Shown here one piece after another: positions 40,892 through 56,770 of a stretch of DNA of 64,000 bases. The notes under the pieces are model-generated. The model did no database searches and was not told the DNA's origin. It saw nothing but the letters and a program-made list of their open reading frames with translations. The position numbers were made by a program, and so were the translations under genes. The DNA is taken from NCBI GenBank assembly GCA_951406725.2, contig OX597822.1, positions 7,688,001 to 7,752,000 of the forward strand. Direction: 5' to 3'. The stretch is from Octopus vulgaris. Taxonomy: Eukaryota. The first letter of the stretch is position 1. Each line of letters starts with the position of its first letter.

Positions 40892-41588
40892 ATATACACA
40901 TACAGCAAATACCAGTGTCGGTTTCCATTGTTCATGACTTGCTTCAGTTCTGTCATATAAATGAAAGGCCTCACCAGGCTTCTAGTGAGGTTATCTTCCA
41001 ACCATAAATTATACGAACTAGGGCCGAATGTGACCATATGTGCGGTTGAGCTAACGTCACATTGTATTAATGTATCAATGGTCGGGGGCGTGTGCGAATT
41101 TCTGTTTACGCGTCTCGATTTAAGCTACCGAGCTAAACAACCCTTCCCTCTGTAAACATTTCACCCTGCATACACATCTTCCTTTTCCTTTTTCTAGTAC
41201 CATTCCTTTGTTTTAAAACCAATGTAATTTAATTCATCCCTCTCCATCCATTCACTACAGTTTTTTTCATCAATAATTATTCGTCTATATATACAAATGT
41301 TTGCAATTCTTATGGGAAGATAATAGTGATTGAAAATTGTACCAATGTGTCATTCCCTAAACAGACTGGCATATAACAAGATAGCCTAAACTCAGGATCT
41401 TTAGCGAGACACAACTTAATTTTGTAGAGATGTAAATGATGTGACCTACACTGCAAAATGGATGCAACACAAAATGTTAAACAGAGTCGCACTCATAAGG
41501 GACATTAGCGGAATGGGTCGAAACAACTGTTGAGCAAAATAAAGGTTAATAACAAATCTATCTTCTGGTTACTTAATAAATTATTTCT

Positions 41589-41636
<48 letters not shown>

Positions 41637-42452
41637 AACAAACACACACACACGCACATACACACACACACAGACACACACACACACATGAGTGTGTGCA
41701 CATCTTTCCTTGTGCTCCTTAGTCGTCTTTCCGTGCAACATTTTACTTAAAGTACGATTGGTACTGTATATTAAACTAAATGCAGTATAATCCATGCGAA
41801 AGTGTAACTTAATTGTCTTTGCATACATATTGACTTATAATAGTTATGCCAACACATCTATCAATGTCTTATAAAGCTCATGTGATATTAATATACTTCT
41901 ATGAAAAAGTAAGCAAATGAATGAGAACGTAATGTCGTTGGTGGTAAAAAGAGCAGAGGAGGAATGAATACCAACTTAACGTTTTCCTCTTTCACATGTC
42001 TATCATTTTAACTTCATACATTAATAATGTGTATAGAAAATTAATTAGGAATCTTGGGATATGTGCAATCATATATTAACATTATTGTGTTTTATTTAAT
42101 TCTAATAAAATATATCTAATCTAATATAATATATCCAATATGAAATAATATATTATATGATATCTAATATAATAAAATATAATATGATATATTATAATAT
42201 AATACGATATCTAATATAATACAATATAATATATTATAATATAATATAAAATAATACGATATTCAATATGATATAATATAATATAATATATGACAATCGG
42301 CATAATTCTGAGACCATTAGAATTATTTCCCATGGGTTTTCCGAGTTAATTCTTTCAATTTTACCTCACACTTAGTCAATTTGTCTTTCGTCATATAGAG
42401 AGCGATAAATAACTACCAGTTGTCATACTCGCTTTCTTCCAGATTCAACCAA

Positions 42453-42676
42453 CGAGCTGGCAGGAACGTTAGCACGCCGGGCGAAATGAGTATCCGTATT
42501 TCGTCTGCCGTTACCTTCTGCGTTCAAATTCCGCCTAGGTCGACTTTGCCTTTCATCCTTTCGGGGTCGATAAATTAAGTACCAGTTAAGCACTGGGGTC
42601 GATGTAATCGCCTTAATCCGTTTGTCTGTCCTTGTTTGTCCCCTCTATGTTTGGCCCCTTGTGGGTAATAAAGAAA
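42453..42676 (+). mobile_element. SINE family B
   Basis: cgagctggcaggaacgttagcacgccgggcgaaatg...gcctttcatcctttcggggtcgataaattaagtacc. Confidence 0.9.
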
Positions 42677-42698
42677 CATATATTTGCCTATGTGAATA

Positions 42699-42888
42699 CC
42701 TATTTCTTTATTACCCACAAGGGGCTAAACACAGAGGGGACAAACAAGGACATACATAGGTATTAAGTCGATTACATCGACCCCAGTGCGTAACTGGTAC
42801 TTAATTTATCGACCCCGAAAGGATGAAAGGCAAAGTCGACCTCGGCGGAATTTGAACTCACAACGTAACGGCAGACGAAATACCGCTA
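42699..42888 (-). mobile_element. SINE family B, 5'-truncated, tail-to-tail with the preceding copy
   Basis: Reverse complement of about 42491-42676. Confidence 0.9.
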
Positions 42889-43819
42889 TCACCTGGGTGA
42901 TGAGCGTCTCCAAGTTGATATGTCTTATATTCATTCATAATGTTCCTCGCACTAGAGATACTGAAGGATTAAACATAAGAATTGTAGTTCTCTTAGAAAA
43001 AAACGATACGGTACTAAATCTTTTCAAAGAAAGCCTGACTGTGTATATATTTTCTAGGTTGAGCGTCGACCGCACGTACATTTTTATTAGAATCAACGCA
43101 CAAAGGAAGCTAATATGTTTACGGAAGATTTTCTAGATGGAACCGAATATTTACCTAATATAATTCAAAAATAAAATATTACGAAAAATAAATTCTAGAA
43201 TATTGTGCATTTACTTGGTTGATCAACAGGGCATTTGAGCGATGGTTCATTCGTAGATGTGCACGTACTTTGCTAATAAAGGCAATTTACTTCCGACCAA
43301 ATTTCTGCCTTCATTCGCAACAGAATTTTCGAGTGATCATTGGGGCCTATATTTCAAGGCAGTGGAAACACAAGTAAAAATATGTCAATTATGAAAATGT
43401 AAGAAATTGTAAATAAAGTATTATTTTGTAAATACGTAATATAGAAAGTGTAAAAGATTCAACGTTTACCCTAACATGATAATGAAAATATGTTCCATGC
43501 CTTATTTAAAGCACATTCAATTATAGCTATTTTCAGAAGTAATGCAAAATGCGAACGGGTATTTTTGCATAAAACGCATGCTACTTGCAAAATTTAGAAA
43601 CCATTTCGAAACAACATTTGATTAACTTTTGCACTGAGATTCTTATGCGACGTTATCATACCTATTTCATGTAAAAATATTCAACTAACACTACTTTACG
43701 ATAGTTATATGATATTCGGTCTGGATGCTCATATCAAAACGCATGCTATTGTTTAAAGCTAGATAATGTATAAATTGCAAATAGGCACACACATAGTTGC
43801 ACTCGCATGCACCTGCATG

Positions 43820-44810
<991 letters not shown>

Positions 44811-44851
44811 TTCAACCACGTGCTTTCACACATCAACTTTCTCACCTATAC

Positions 44852-44912
<61 letters not shown>

Positions 44913-45079
44913 TGTATATACATATACATATTTAAAATTATAAATTAAAGTATCTACGAGATACCACCATGCTGAAAATAGCAGCCATGATCTGACTTTA
45001 AAACCACCTAAATTGTCCAAATATCAACACGGAGAAAAAACAAAGAGACAAGATGAAACTAGTAAACAATTAGTGGATA

Positions 45080-45144
45080 ATTCTAGATCCGGATTTCTGA
45101 CTTTGCATTTATGATTTATGAATGCTTTGCCTCGTCAGTAGAAT
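45080..45144 (-). ncRNA. Minimal type I hammerhead ribozyme with canonical core
   Basis: Minus strand attcta CTGACGA ggc aaa gcatt...aatgc aaa gtc a GAAA tccgga TC tagaat; perfect 6-bp stem I, palindromic stem III. Confidence 0.75.
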
Positions 45145-45173
45145 ACACACAGAAGATAAACATAAATACGTAC

Positions 45174-45215
<42 letters not shown>

Positions 45216-45280
45216 TTATGTTTATCTTCTGTGTGTATTCTACTGACGAGGCAAAGCATTCATAAATGCAAAGTCATTTA

Positions 45281-45330
<50 letters not shown>

Positions 45331-45617
45331 GCATAGGAATACTTACATATACGAATATATACCTACATATATATGCACATATGCATCATGGCCAAATCAA
45401 AATGCCCTCCGTTTTATTCCATGTGAAATATGGTCAGAGTATCACCGCAGTAAATACAGTGACGAAATAAATTTAACTTTATATAAATAAGGATAACATC
45501 CTTAATTTTAAAATATAATAACGATTATATTAAGTGTCCAGCATGGAAAAAATAATCTGCAAAGGTAATAATCATTAAAATTATAAATTATCGTATCTGA
45601 GAGATACCACCATACAT

Positions 45618-45686
<69 letters not shown>

Positions 45687-45687
45687 C

Positions 45688-45717
<30 letters not shown>

Positions 45718-45718
<1 letters not shown>

Positions 45719-45891
45719 GGGAGAATTTTAAAAAAAGCCGAAGACAGGTGGTGTAGGCAACATACAGATTTATTAGTATAATGCTCGGGAATTGAAAAGG
45801 TCTTTAACCTTTCAAGACTACACTTTTTCACAGAAAGAAACACATAGAGAAAATACAGATTGTGTAGTGGCTAGCGATCTATCATGGTGAA

Positions 45892-45895
<4 letters not shown>
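45718..45895 (-). mobile_element. pLTR-like repeat, same family as 24980-25215
   Basis: Minus strand ctttCTGTGAAaaagtgtagtcttGAAAggttaaagac. Confidence 0.55.
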
Positions 45896-45969
<74 letters not shown>

Positions 45970-46599
45970 TGAGTGTGTGTGTGTGTGTAAATATAAATAT
46001 TCGCCATGATAAAAGGCTAAGCTGGCAAAATGACCATTCCTAAATACAACAATATATATATACATATATGTATGTATGTATGTATGTATTTAGACGTAGA
46101 TACATGGTCAGTACTTTGAGACTAGATTACCTTGTATTTACACATCGCTTTATTAGGAATATTTCCCATTCATGTAATTACCTACTTATGCAGGCATTGC
46201 AATTCTCGTATCTTCCTAAGAGAAAAAATTCAGTTTATACTCGGTATATTATCTGAATGTTCTGGTGGTATATCATTATTTTTGAATATTTACCCTAGCA
46301 ATAATTACGGAATGCATTTAACTGTACAAAGGAATGAATGACGCCGTGAGCTGTATTTCTAAGTGTCTTAGATTTCTCCCTAGTTAGATTTTGATCAGTT
46401 CTCAAAACGCTTTTCACGTTGTGTCTATGAGCAAATCAGGTATTTCACATTGCTTTGGTTTACTCAGTGTAATGCGTACTATCCCAGTTGTAGGGAATAA
46501 TCCCTCACTCTAACCATGGTATATTGCACTAACTATTGTTAAAGAATTAGCAAACCGAGAGGGCACGTTTTTTTTCCCTGAACTTAAATAAACTCCAGT

Positions 46600-46870
46600 G
46601 TAGACGGGTGATTTAGCCTTCAGGGTATTTGGCTCATTGTCGCAAAGTCATGAATTCGACTCCTGGTGGTGCCTTTTAACCTTGAGTAGTAAATGTATTC
46701 CAAGTGGCTAGCCTTGTCACATTCTATATCGTGCTGAATTTCCCTGAGATCTACGTTAATGGTACGCATGTTTGTGGATTGTTCAGCCACTTACACATTG
46801 ATCTAATAAACGGATTGTCACGTTGATCGGATCAATTATAACACTCCACGCTATAACCGACTGAGTGACG
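46600..46870 (+). mobile_element. Degenerate SINE family C
   Basis: ccttgtcacattctatatcgtgctgaatttccctgagatctacgttaatggtacgcatg matches the family C tail. Confidence 0.65.
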
Positions 46871-47446
46871 AATAAGCAACTCAACCAATTTGCACTATCA
46901 TGATAAATGCTACCGTCATATAAACTGCTTTGACAATGGCAAACGTACTTGAACACTGATTGTAGTATAAGTTATGTAACCTGCAAAAATTCATTGCATT
47001 ATTCAGTTTCTTGTCGATAAGTTCAAAATTCACTTAAATTCCTGTTACATTTCTGCGTCAATGCAACAAGCATTGAATTCTTTTTCTTTTTGACTTTTAC
47101 AATTCAGTTGAGTACGTGGTTACAATTTTCTCCCTTGATTTCGGTATGTTGAATGCATATGTGCCGTTAATCTACCTTAAAATGTTTTGTGAATGATATC
47201 GATCGAACTTCTAAATTTACTCTGATATTTATTGCATCGATTTGTATTTATCGAACTGCTGGTTTAAGCTTTCCCTAAAGTGCCATAAATCCAGGAAATA
47301 GTATACATAACGACAACAATGATACAGTATGCAATCCCGCACAAAAGATACAAGCACACACGCACACATATATACACACACATACATAGATACATATACA
47401 TATATTTACATAAGTATATGTACATATATACGTATTATATATATAC

Positions 47447-47480
<34 letters not shown>

Positions 47481-47808
47481 GTGTGTGTGTGTGTGTGCGT
47501 GTGTGTGTATGCATGTATGCATATATCGTTGCTATTATGCCTAGCTGTCGTATGTTCAAATTTGGCCAAATGTAGTTTTTTTTTTGGTTTTTGCTTCAAG
47601 TAGCCAGTTGTTTTGGTCGAACCATCGTATCACCAACTGCATCAGATGCCAAGATATCAAAAATTGTGATAATATAGTACAATGGTCTTTCTATGGAATG
47701 GCAAAACTATTTCTTTCGTGTTTTGAATGTACGACACTTTTTGAATGTACGACACTTTTGCGTAAGAGCAACGATATATTGGTAGATACATATACATCTA
47801 TAATATTT

Positions 47809-47839
<31 letters not shown>

Positions 47840-47874
47840 TACACACACACACAAACACACATATATATATATAT

Positions 47875-48360
47875 ATATAATATAAAATCCGTTCTGTCTG
47901 TGTGTCTTCTAGGATCTCGGGCATCCTCCACTCGGTGCGCTCAAATTTGATATGTAGATACCGACGGTGTCGGGGCGTGTATAAGTCTTGAAAACATTAC
48001 AAAAATCAATTCCTGATGAGAATGCGATCGATAAAGCGGTTTTTCTCCTTATTTTCTTCCGTCGACCTGTGCATAACTGCACCTTCCATTTTTTGTTGTT
48101 TTTGTACTGCTTAAAGGCACGTTTCTTTCCTGCCAACCTTACTGTTTAAACCGTGTTTGTGTTCCCCAGTCAACAACCTTATCATTACTGGTGCTTTAAA
48201 CTCTTCAGTTGCATATTTGTGTGAGTAAAATCGTCTTTGTTTTTGATAGAAAAATATCTATCTTTATTTCTTCTTATGCTGGTGTCTCGAATTTAGGTTG
48301 AATCAATGTCTCTCAAAGGGAGAGCCAAAGGGAGAGCCTACGGGGAGCATTTTGCTCGTA
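47875..48360 (+). mobile_element. Helitron-like non-autonomous element
   Basis: Starts tataaaatccgttctgtctg, ends ggggagcattttgCTCGta; second copy at 62113-62633. Confidence 0.7.
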
Positions 48361-48415
48361 TATAAATATATACATATATATATATATATATTATATATAA
48401 ATATATCAGTGTATG

Positions 48416-48584
<169 letters not shown>

Positions 48585-48589
48585 ACATA

Positions 48590-49500
48590 TTCATCGCTCC
48601 CACCACCACCATTTACTTCCTTCCCAACAACCCTGGCCGCACCATCGTTTCCGATTGTAACTGACCCACGGAACTGATATCGAAATAACTCGACCGTGTC
48701 CTTGCACCTCTAGTGGCTTCCTTCCACACCAACATCCCCGACACTAACCATGCTCTCCGTCTTTTGAACTCTTTCTCCTTCCCTCTTGAACCCTCTAAAC
48801 TCTTTAGTCTTGATATCAAGAATCTATATACAGTGACACAACGAAGGACGTCTTGCCCTCGAAAAACTTCCTCGACCTTCGACCTTCGACCCAACCTCAC
48901 ACGTCCACATTTCCTTGTCTGGCCGCACTTGCTCTCTCCCTTAGCTGCTTCTCTTTCGCGGGGTAGCTCTACCAATAGGTCTCAGGAGTGATCATGGGAA
49001 CGAGAATGGTCCACACCTATGCGATGCCCAAATATTTCCATACAGCCCACACCTACCCCTACTTCCTCAACCCAGACCCTCACCCCATCTTCACATTCCA
49101 AAGCCCTCACACCAAAATCACACACTACTACTCCTACACCGCATCATACCACCCTAAATCACTCTGCACACACTTGCACTGACCACTTCCCAGGTCCCAC
49201 AATCATTCAAACACCCGCACAGTTACAGACACACGTTTACAAACGCACGCATCCACACATCAAAGTCACGCACATCAAAATCACTATCTGCACGCATACA
49301 CTTACAAAGTCTCACATGCATACACGCCCCACAACTTCGTTTTGGGATCACCAGTACTTTATTATCTCCTCTTCCTCCTAGCTCTCCTGTCCAACTACCT
49401 TTCTCCAAGCAGTCGCCATGATGTACGGCTAAATCCACAAGTTCTTTTATATTCTCTGTCTCTGTTTATTTCTTCCTGTTGCTGTCTTTTTCTGCAAATT
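48590..49500 (+). mobile_element. Penelope-like RT remnant with internal deletion and CA-rich 3' region
   Basis: [33 protein letters not shown]...DTNHALRLLNSFSF...LFSLDIKNLYTV...MGTRMVHTYA; 3' region shares ttgggatcacc with 26430. Confidence 0.8.
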
Positions 49501-49501
49501 C

Positions 49502-49532
<31 letters not shown>

Positions 49533-50170
49533 GTATATGTATATACATGCATATGCATGTATGTACGTATATGTACGTTTATGTATGTATATATGCTAAC
49601 GTATGTAGGTGTTAACATGCATGTGTACGTGCGGACAATGCTTAGCCGCGCGCCTCCTCGGCATTTCCAGAAACTAGAGTTCTAGGCAGTTCTATAACGT
49701 GCTGGGCATGGAGGTAGGACATGTGCGTATGAGTTTCCGGTTCAAAATTGTTAACTATACATATACACCTACACTTATGATTTTGGTATTATCTGGAAAA
49801 CTGACATGTTCTGCCATGCAATTGCTATTGAAAGCCAATGATAATAAATTGCTAAGTAACAAGGGATTTGCTTCGTCGAAAATATGCTTTCAATATTGAA
49901 TATCCGCTCAAATTATCAAAATGAATCTCATTGATAGAAACACGGTTGTTACAGATTGTCTTTCAATCAGAGTGGAGGGAATAATGTCTATGCCTGCGCG
50001 TAATGTGCATGGATGCTTATAAATAATTCTGAAGAGATAGACCAGTCTCTGTGCCTTTAAGAAGTATAAAATATCATTTTATGATTAATAGCGTAATATC
50101 GAATAAATTTCTTACTTTTATGTGTGTGCTGTGCCCGTGTGTGTGTGCATTAGTCAGGTGTGTATCTGTG

Positions 50171-50269
<99 letters not shown>

Positions 50270-50273
50270 TCGT

Positions 50274-50492
50274 ACGAGGGTGTGCTTGACAGTTCCTGGC
50301 AATGGGTAAAATAAAATACGTTAAAATTACTCAATTATGTTTTTATTTAACATATAGCCGTCTCACATTCACACACTTATTGCAACAGTCCTTCAGTTTT
50401 TCTAAGCCCTGTAAAAGTTCCCGGGCGTTCTGGGTTCCAACCATGCCGTTCCAATACCGTTGACGCTAGGAACATTATATCATTTCCTCGTA
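50274..50492 (+). mobile_element. Mariner-type MITE
   Basis: tacgagggtgtgcttgacagttcctggc ... gctaggaacattatatcatttcctcgta, TA-flanked. Confidence 0.7.
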
Positions 50493-50534
50493 TGTGTACG
50501 TGCATATGTATGTACATATGCGTGTATGCTTACA

Positions 50535-50574
<40 letters not shown>

Positions 50575-50579
50575 AATGG

Positions 50580-51030
50580 TACAGGTAAATAGACACACTT
50601 ATAATCATTGAAATTTATTTAAATTATTTATTAATTATTTTAATGTGAACATCTAATATTTAGTAGACATGACTTTTGCATCTTTCAATACAAGAATACT
50701 ATTAGGCATGCTAATGATCAGATGATACAGTAATCAGTTTCATGCAGTAATCTCAAAAGATGTAGCTTTGAGGATGCTTTCTTGTTTTGTTTACGAAGTG
50801 TCCTGTCCATCATGACTCAGAAGTGCCCAATAGGGTTTATATCAGGTGACTGGTTTTGCAAGACAAGATTTATAATGCCGTTCTCTTTCAAGAAACCTTG
50901 TGTGTTTTTAGACGTCTGACAAGGATCCCCATCTTCCAGAAATAATGAGTTTTCTTTAATCATTTCACCACTGGGGTCTTTTTGCAATACAGACACATAT
51001 TTACCTGAGAGTATATTTCTCTCACACTAT
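50580..51030 (-). mobile_element. Tc1-like DDE transposase remnant
   Basis: Minus-strand pieces EDGDPCQTSKNTQGFL and QSPDINPIGHF* (Tc1 QDND...SPDLNPIENLW motifs). Confidence 0.6.
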
Positions 51031-51059
51031 ACCAGCTCTGGTCGACTGAATCGATAGCA

Positions 51060-51250
51060 GTCTGGGCGAAACACTGAGCTGCATTTCGTGCGTCATTACG
51101 TTCTGAATTCAAATTCAGCCCAGGTTGCCTTTTCGTTTTATCCTTTCAGGGTCGATAAAATAAGTACCTGCCCAGCACTGGATCCGATGTGATCAGCTTA
51201 TGTCACTCGACCGAAATTTCGTACCTTCTACCATAATTTGAAACCAATAT
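51060..51250 (+). mobile_element. Degenerate SINE family B
   Basis: ttcaaattcagcccaggttgcc...ttttatcctttcagggtcgataaaataagtacc. Confidence 0.7.
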
Positions 51251-54200
51251 CATATCAATTGTTACCTAGATAAAGAAAACAATTGACTTTATTTATGCCA
51301 TTTTACTAGCAATGATCGTCTTTGTTTTCCCGTCGAATAAATGTTCGTTAGAATATAAGGAACATACACACAATCATTGTTAGGTTTGCCAATGACATGA
51401 CTGAAAATAAGATAGTTTGGATTGGCCATTCTATTGAATGTGCTACCATGTAACATCACGTCATGCAGGGCGTTGTAATATGCTAGACCTCAACTTCTTT
51501 GCCACATATTTGCATGCAACCTTCAATATAAAGTGTTTTGAATACTTGTCAAGTGTTAGGCTATTCAAAGATGTATATCAAGTTGCATATGTCGAGACAG
51601 ACGAAAATTGTTGGAGGAAGCGAATCATTCTTCGGAAGTGATCTCGTGGCAACAGAATGAATACAAAAAATACTTTCGGACAGTAGGTATTTTGGTCCAA
51701 ATGGTTTACAATCTCGTGAAGAATTATGTGACACTAGATGTCCCAACACACCCTCATTTATTTGCAACACATAAAATCCTTCCCCATACACACACACACA
51801 CAAACGCACACACACACAAACGCACACACACATGCATGCATATATATTTATACAGAAGAATAAATATATGCAATGTATAAATGCATACCGGATTAATACA
51901 TATATAATGAATATATACCCAGAGCCTCCACCATGATTCACATACCTTCAATCTACAAACACGTTTGTTAAACCAAGATAAGAGAAGAATGAACTTGCTT
52001 AAGATGACGCTGTGATAGATTGAAATTGGAACTGCAATTTTGCGAAGCACACATTACTCGCATGACTTTTATCGATATATCACAAACTATTCAGAAATAA
52101 AGAGAATGTCATCCAAAGCTTTGATGAAACGTATCTGCATAATGCGACGAATTCATCCAGGTGCTATACAGTCATTGTCATGGGATATTTAATAAACCTT
52201 AATGCATGCCATATTTCTAGGTTCATACCTAGAGTGTGTTTTCGTATGGTGTTAGATACTTATTGATATATGAGATATATCTCTCACTAAATATAATTTA
52301 TAGATATATAATATTTATATATTTATTAATCTGTTTGCTTATCTCTCATTAATTTCCTCAGTATAAGAACAAAGAAATATGTTTAAAAAGTCGGAAGCAT
52401 TTATTTAGTAGAAAACAGAAGATAAATGCTATATTAAATAAAACGAACATAGATAAATTATCAAAGCAGACAGCTTAAATAAAACAAAAGCAAAGAATAA
52501 ACAGAGAGGGTCAAAACATTCAGCTGAAAATTGTGGGAACGTTCAGCTGCGTAATAAATATGGTTGTCTGGGAAGAGTACGATATATGACTGGCTGTAAT
52601 AGTACAATGGATTTACTATTTGTTATTTCTTTTTCTATGGAATCGAGATAGATGTTATAGATGAATACTTTTACTGCTATCATAATTCATATGGATATTA
52701 CTGATGCTTTGGGAGGATACACAGGCACACAAACGCATTTAGCAATGTATATATATTCATGTCTGCATGCGTGTATGGGTGTCTTTCCGTGCGTGTGTAT
52801 CTATGTATGTGTGCAACGTATGTGTGTGTGGGTGTATTTCTGTGCATGTGTATCTATGTATGTGTGCTGCGTATGTGTGTGTGTGTGTGGGTGTATTTCT
52901 GTGCATGTGTGTCTATGTATGCGTGCTGTGTATGTGTGTGCAATATTTATTACATCATTGAAGATATATTCTTATTTTGTGTCTTGCGAAAATGTCGTTT
53001 ATCAACGAATCTTAAATGTAGTGTTGGTTTTGTTGGAGAATATCTTACAATTGTTTATGCCTATGTGGAAGCCGGTTCGCCAACAACTTCCTATCTCCAT
53101 AGTATGTACATGCACACATGCACAAAAGCCTACGCAATAACCCAAAAGAAAAAGAAAAAATATTATTCGGTAAGCTCGACTGTTTGAGAACAAACACGGT
53201 TAAGCAGAATCTCTGCACATTGATATTCACGTTCGCAACCAACTTTCATTTTCTGAATGCATCTATTCTTCTCATGTCACGATTTAGCAATGGTACTATT
53301 ATTAATGCCGAGTTATCCGCTAATTAATAATTTATTCACTAGAATCTAATGACTATGATAACTGAAAATCTACTTTTCAATTGTGCAAAATTAAAAGAAA
53401 TTGCAATTTGATAGGATATGTTAAAATATTGCTCGCCCACAGAATTCCTGACATTACATTGTCATATGCCTGAAGTTCAAACGCCATAGTTTCAAAGCAG
53501 CAAACTTTCAATAGTACAATGAAATCAATGCAGTTTCTCTTCATTGCAGGTTTAAATTTTTAGTCTTCGGATGAATGAATTAAAGAATGAATGAATTAAA
53601 GAAACGTTTAAAATGACAAAATAATGTTGTTAGTCCTACATATTTCATACATCTAAAATAAAGCACAATACTCAAGAGGTGAGATCACTGAAGCGTTCCC
53701 TGTAATATGCCGTATGCTCCTTTATGATCTGCGTTCAAATCCGTAATGCGTGACTTTACTTTTCTTCCATATTGAATAGATGAAATAAATTTCAAATCGG
53801 GATCACTTGCTAGAATCGGTGATAGTTACCCTCCAAAATTCCTGGCCATGTGCCTAATTAAGAAATAATATTTAAGAGTATGCACATATGGGTGTGTTTG
53901 GAACTCCGATGATCTACCAATTCTACTAATTGATGTCACCTACTTTTGGAAATATTTGTTAAAAAAAAATAAGGGAAGCGATCTTGTTGTGATTTGATTA
54001 TTTTAAGGATTCGTAACAAATTCCTTTATTCACACAAATGATTTATATTATATATGTATTTCTATAAATGTTAAGATGCCCTTCCTTATTCATATATTAC
54101 CCCTTCCTTTCTCATTTATATGCTGTAACGGAGAAAAACACAAGTGCATTATTATAGTTCAAAGAGTTTTTCTCTTTTCTTTTTTTATTAAATGCAATAT

Positions 54201-54253
54201 TCTAATTACTTAGAAATATACTTTAGTTAATGTGGCTTAAAAAATGTAAGCTG

Positions 54254-54365
54254 TCGGGTTCCGTCCCACCACGTGGCGACTTGGTCAACTGTTTTCTACT
54301 ATAGCCTCGGGCCGACCAAAGACTTGTGAGTGGATTTGGTAGACAGAAACTGAAAGAATCCCGTC

Positions 54366-54407
<42 letters not shown>

Positions 54408-54616
54408 ATATGTTTGTGTGTCTGTATTTGTCCCCCAACATCGCTTGAAAACTGATGGTGGTGTGTTTACGTCCCCGTAATAGCGGTTCGGCAAAAGGGA
54501 CCGATAGAATAAGTACTAGGCTTGCAAAGAATAAATCCTAGGATCAATTTGCTCGACTTAAGGCGGATCTCCAGCATGACCAGAGGCAAATGACTGAAAC
54601 AAGTAAAAGAGTAAAA
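54254..54616 (+). mobile_element. SINE family A, 5'-truncated
   Basis: Colinear with 14921-15370 from the B box onward. Confidence 0.85.
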
Positions 54617-54938
54617 TGTTTTTAAAAATTATTTTCAAGTTGACAGCCTTACAAAAAATTTTTGGCATATTTAAAAAATATTTTGAAGTGAAAATGACTT
54701 TTAAAAATACGATAAATATTTCGCAAAAGACTCATTCGCAACTCTGTGTGAAAAGGAATATTCCATAGGGTGTTTTCGAGTTCATTCAAGCAGTATAATT
54801 CGCTGCTATTTCTAGCACGCTCTGTTACCACGCAACAGCTATTTGCGATAAAAGACCCGAAATGCCTGCACGTGGTAGCTTGACGTGCAAGAAATAGAAG
54901 CCACGAAACAAAACTCCGTTACTGGGAAACTCCGACTT

Positions 54939-55005
<67 letters not shown>

Positions 55006-55328
55006 TTCAAATTCACAATGTTTATATTCAAATTCATATTACTATATATTCAATTGATAAGTGAACTCGGGTTGTATTTGAATCGCACGAACTTGCATAT
55101 GGGTTTGCTAGGCTTTCAGAATTCTTGAATTATTTATTGGAATGAAGTCGTAATCGGAACTCAGACCATGCCGGTTTTAATGGCACTTGTAGCTGGCCTG
55201 TTCACTAAACTATCTCAAAGTTATTTCTTCCTAATCTTCCCAGTCTTTCACACCATACGCTATCTTTCATAATATATATATATATGTATATATATTTATT
55301 TATTTATATGTGTGTGTGTATGTATGTA

Positions 55329-55383
<55 letters not shown>

Positions 55384-56391
55384 AGATGCGTGTGCATGTT
55401 TATATCTATGTATGTTTAGTAAGTGAGTGCCTGAGAGGTTGCATTTATGTTTGTGCGTGCATTTGTGCAAGTTACTGAAGTTTGCCGAAGTCTTAAAATC
55501 GAAATAAGAATATAAGCTATAAATTAGATAGATTTCTGCAACATAGTAAAGTCGATATTGAAATTATAGCCTTCGCGGGAATAGAAAAATATGAAGAAAT
55601 TCTAATCTGCTATCGTAAAAAGGCAGATATTGTTCGGTCCATCGTCTATAAAATCTGAAAACAGTATTGATTCACCGAACGTCTTAGCTTTTAATGAGAA
55701 TGGACAGTGAACATTTTCTGTGGCCCGTATGATCGCTAATACTTTTTAAATATGCCTTCGTTTTTTATATATATATTTTTCTATTGCTTTATGTTTTTAT
55801 ATGTTGCGCCTTCGTTTATACTCCTTTTTGCTATTTATTTTCCTAGCGTTTGATATATTATTGGTTTACAAATTTATGACAAGTGACTGTAATTCAGAAG
55901 CATTTCCAGTTGACTATTTAAAAAATAAGATTTTCCACTTAAACAAGAAAAATGTTTTTTTTTTCTTTAATGTGAATATTTAATGAGGTTGTATAATATA
56001 TTTTGACCTTTTCCAAATCAATGCATATACATCCATTAGATTTTCGATGTTATCCCTAAATATAAATCCTGTGCAATCCTGATTCTCATATTAGGCAACA
56101 CACGTGCTTCTGTTATAGCACTGAATTCCTGTTTAGGTTATTGGTTTGATTTATGTGTTAATGAAGTGTTTTCATCACTTATTTCCTAGTTTTAAGTATG
56201 GGATTTCAGTTGCTTTCTAACTTCAAGTGAGGTATTTTCATTTGTATGTAATTAATGTTGCGCAAAAGGGGTATGTTTGAATAATAAATACATTTTGCAA
56301 TTATGTAGTGATACTCTTTTGCGTGTGTGTATATGTGTTGTGTGTTGTGTGCGTGTGTGTTGAGTGTGTGTGTGTGTGCTAGCGAGCGTGC

Positions 56392-56431
<40 letters not shown>

Positions 56432-56511
56432 ATGTGTGTGTGTGTGTGTATGTGTGTGTGTGTGTATTTTATCTGTCACGTCACATATATAAGTCCAACA
56501 TATGTGTGTGT

Positions 56512-56770
56512 GAGGCGCAATGGTCCAGTGGTTCGGGCAGCGGACTCGCGGACGGAGGATCGCGGTTTCGATTCCCAGACCAGGCGTTGTGTGTGTTTAT
56601 TCAGCGAAAACACCTAAAGCTCCACGAGTCTCCGGCAGGGGGTGTTGGTGACCCCTGTTGTACCCTTTCACCCTAACTTTCTCTCTCACTCTTTCTTCCT
56701 GTTTCTTCAGTAACGCTGCGATGGACTGGCGTCATGTCCACCTGCGGGGAACACATAGGTCACAGAAACC
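56512..56770 (+). mobile_element. tRNA-derived SINE sharing head and middle with 34849, different tail
   Basis: gaggcgcaatggtccagtggttcgggcagcggactcgcgg...ggtttcgattcccagacc...gcgaaaacacctaaagc; then ctgcgatggactggcgtcatgtcca. Confidence 0.8.

Noticed and set aside
48010-48040. CTGATGA in the Helitron-like element
   Set aside because: No GAAA or stems, and it is not conserved in the 62113-62633 copy
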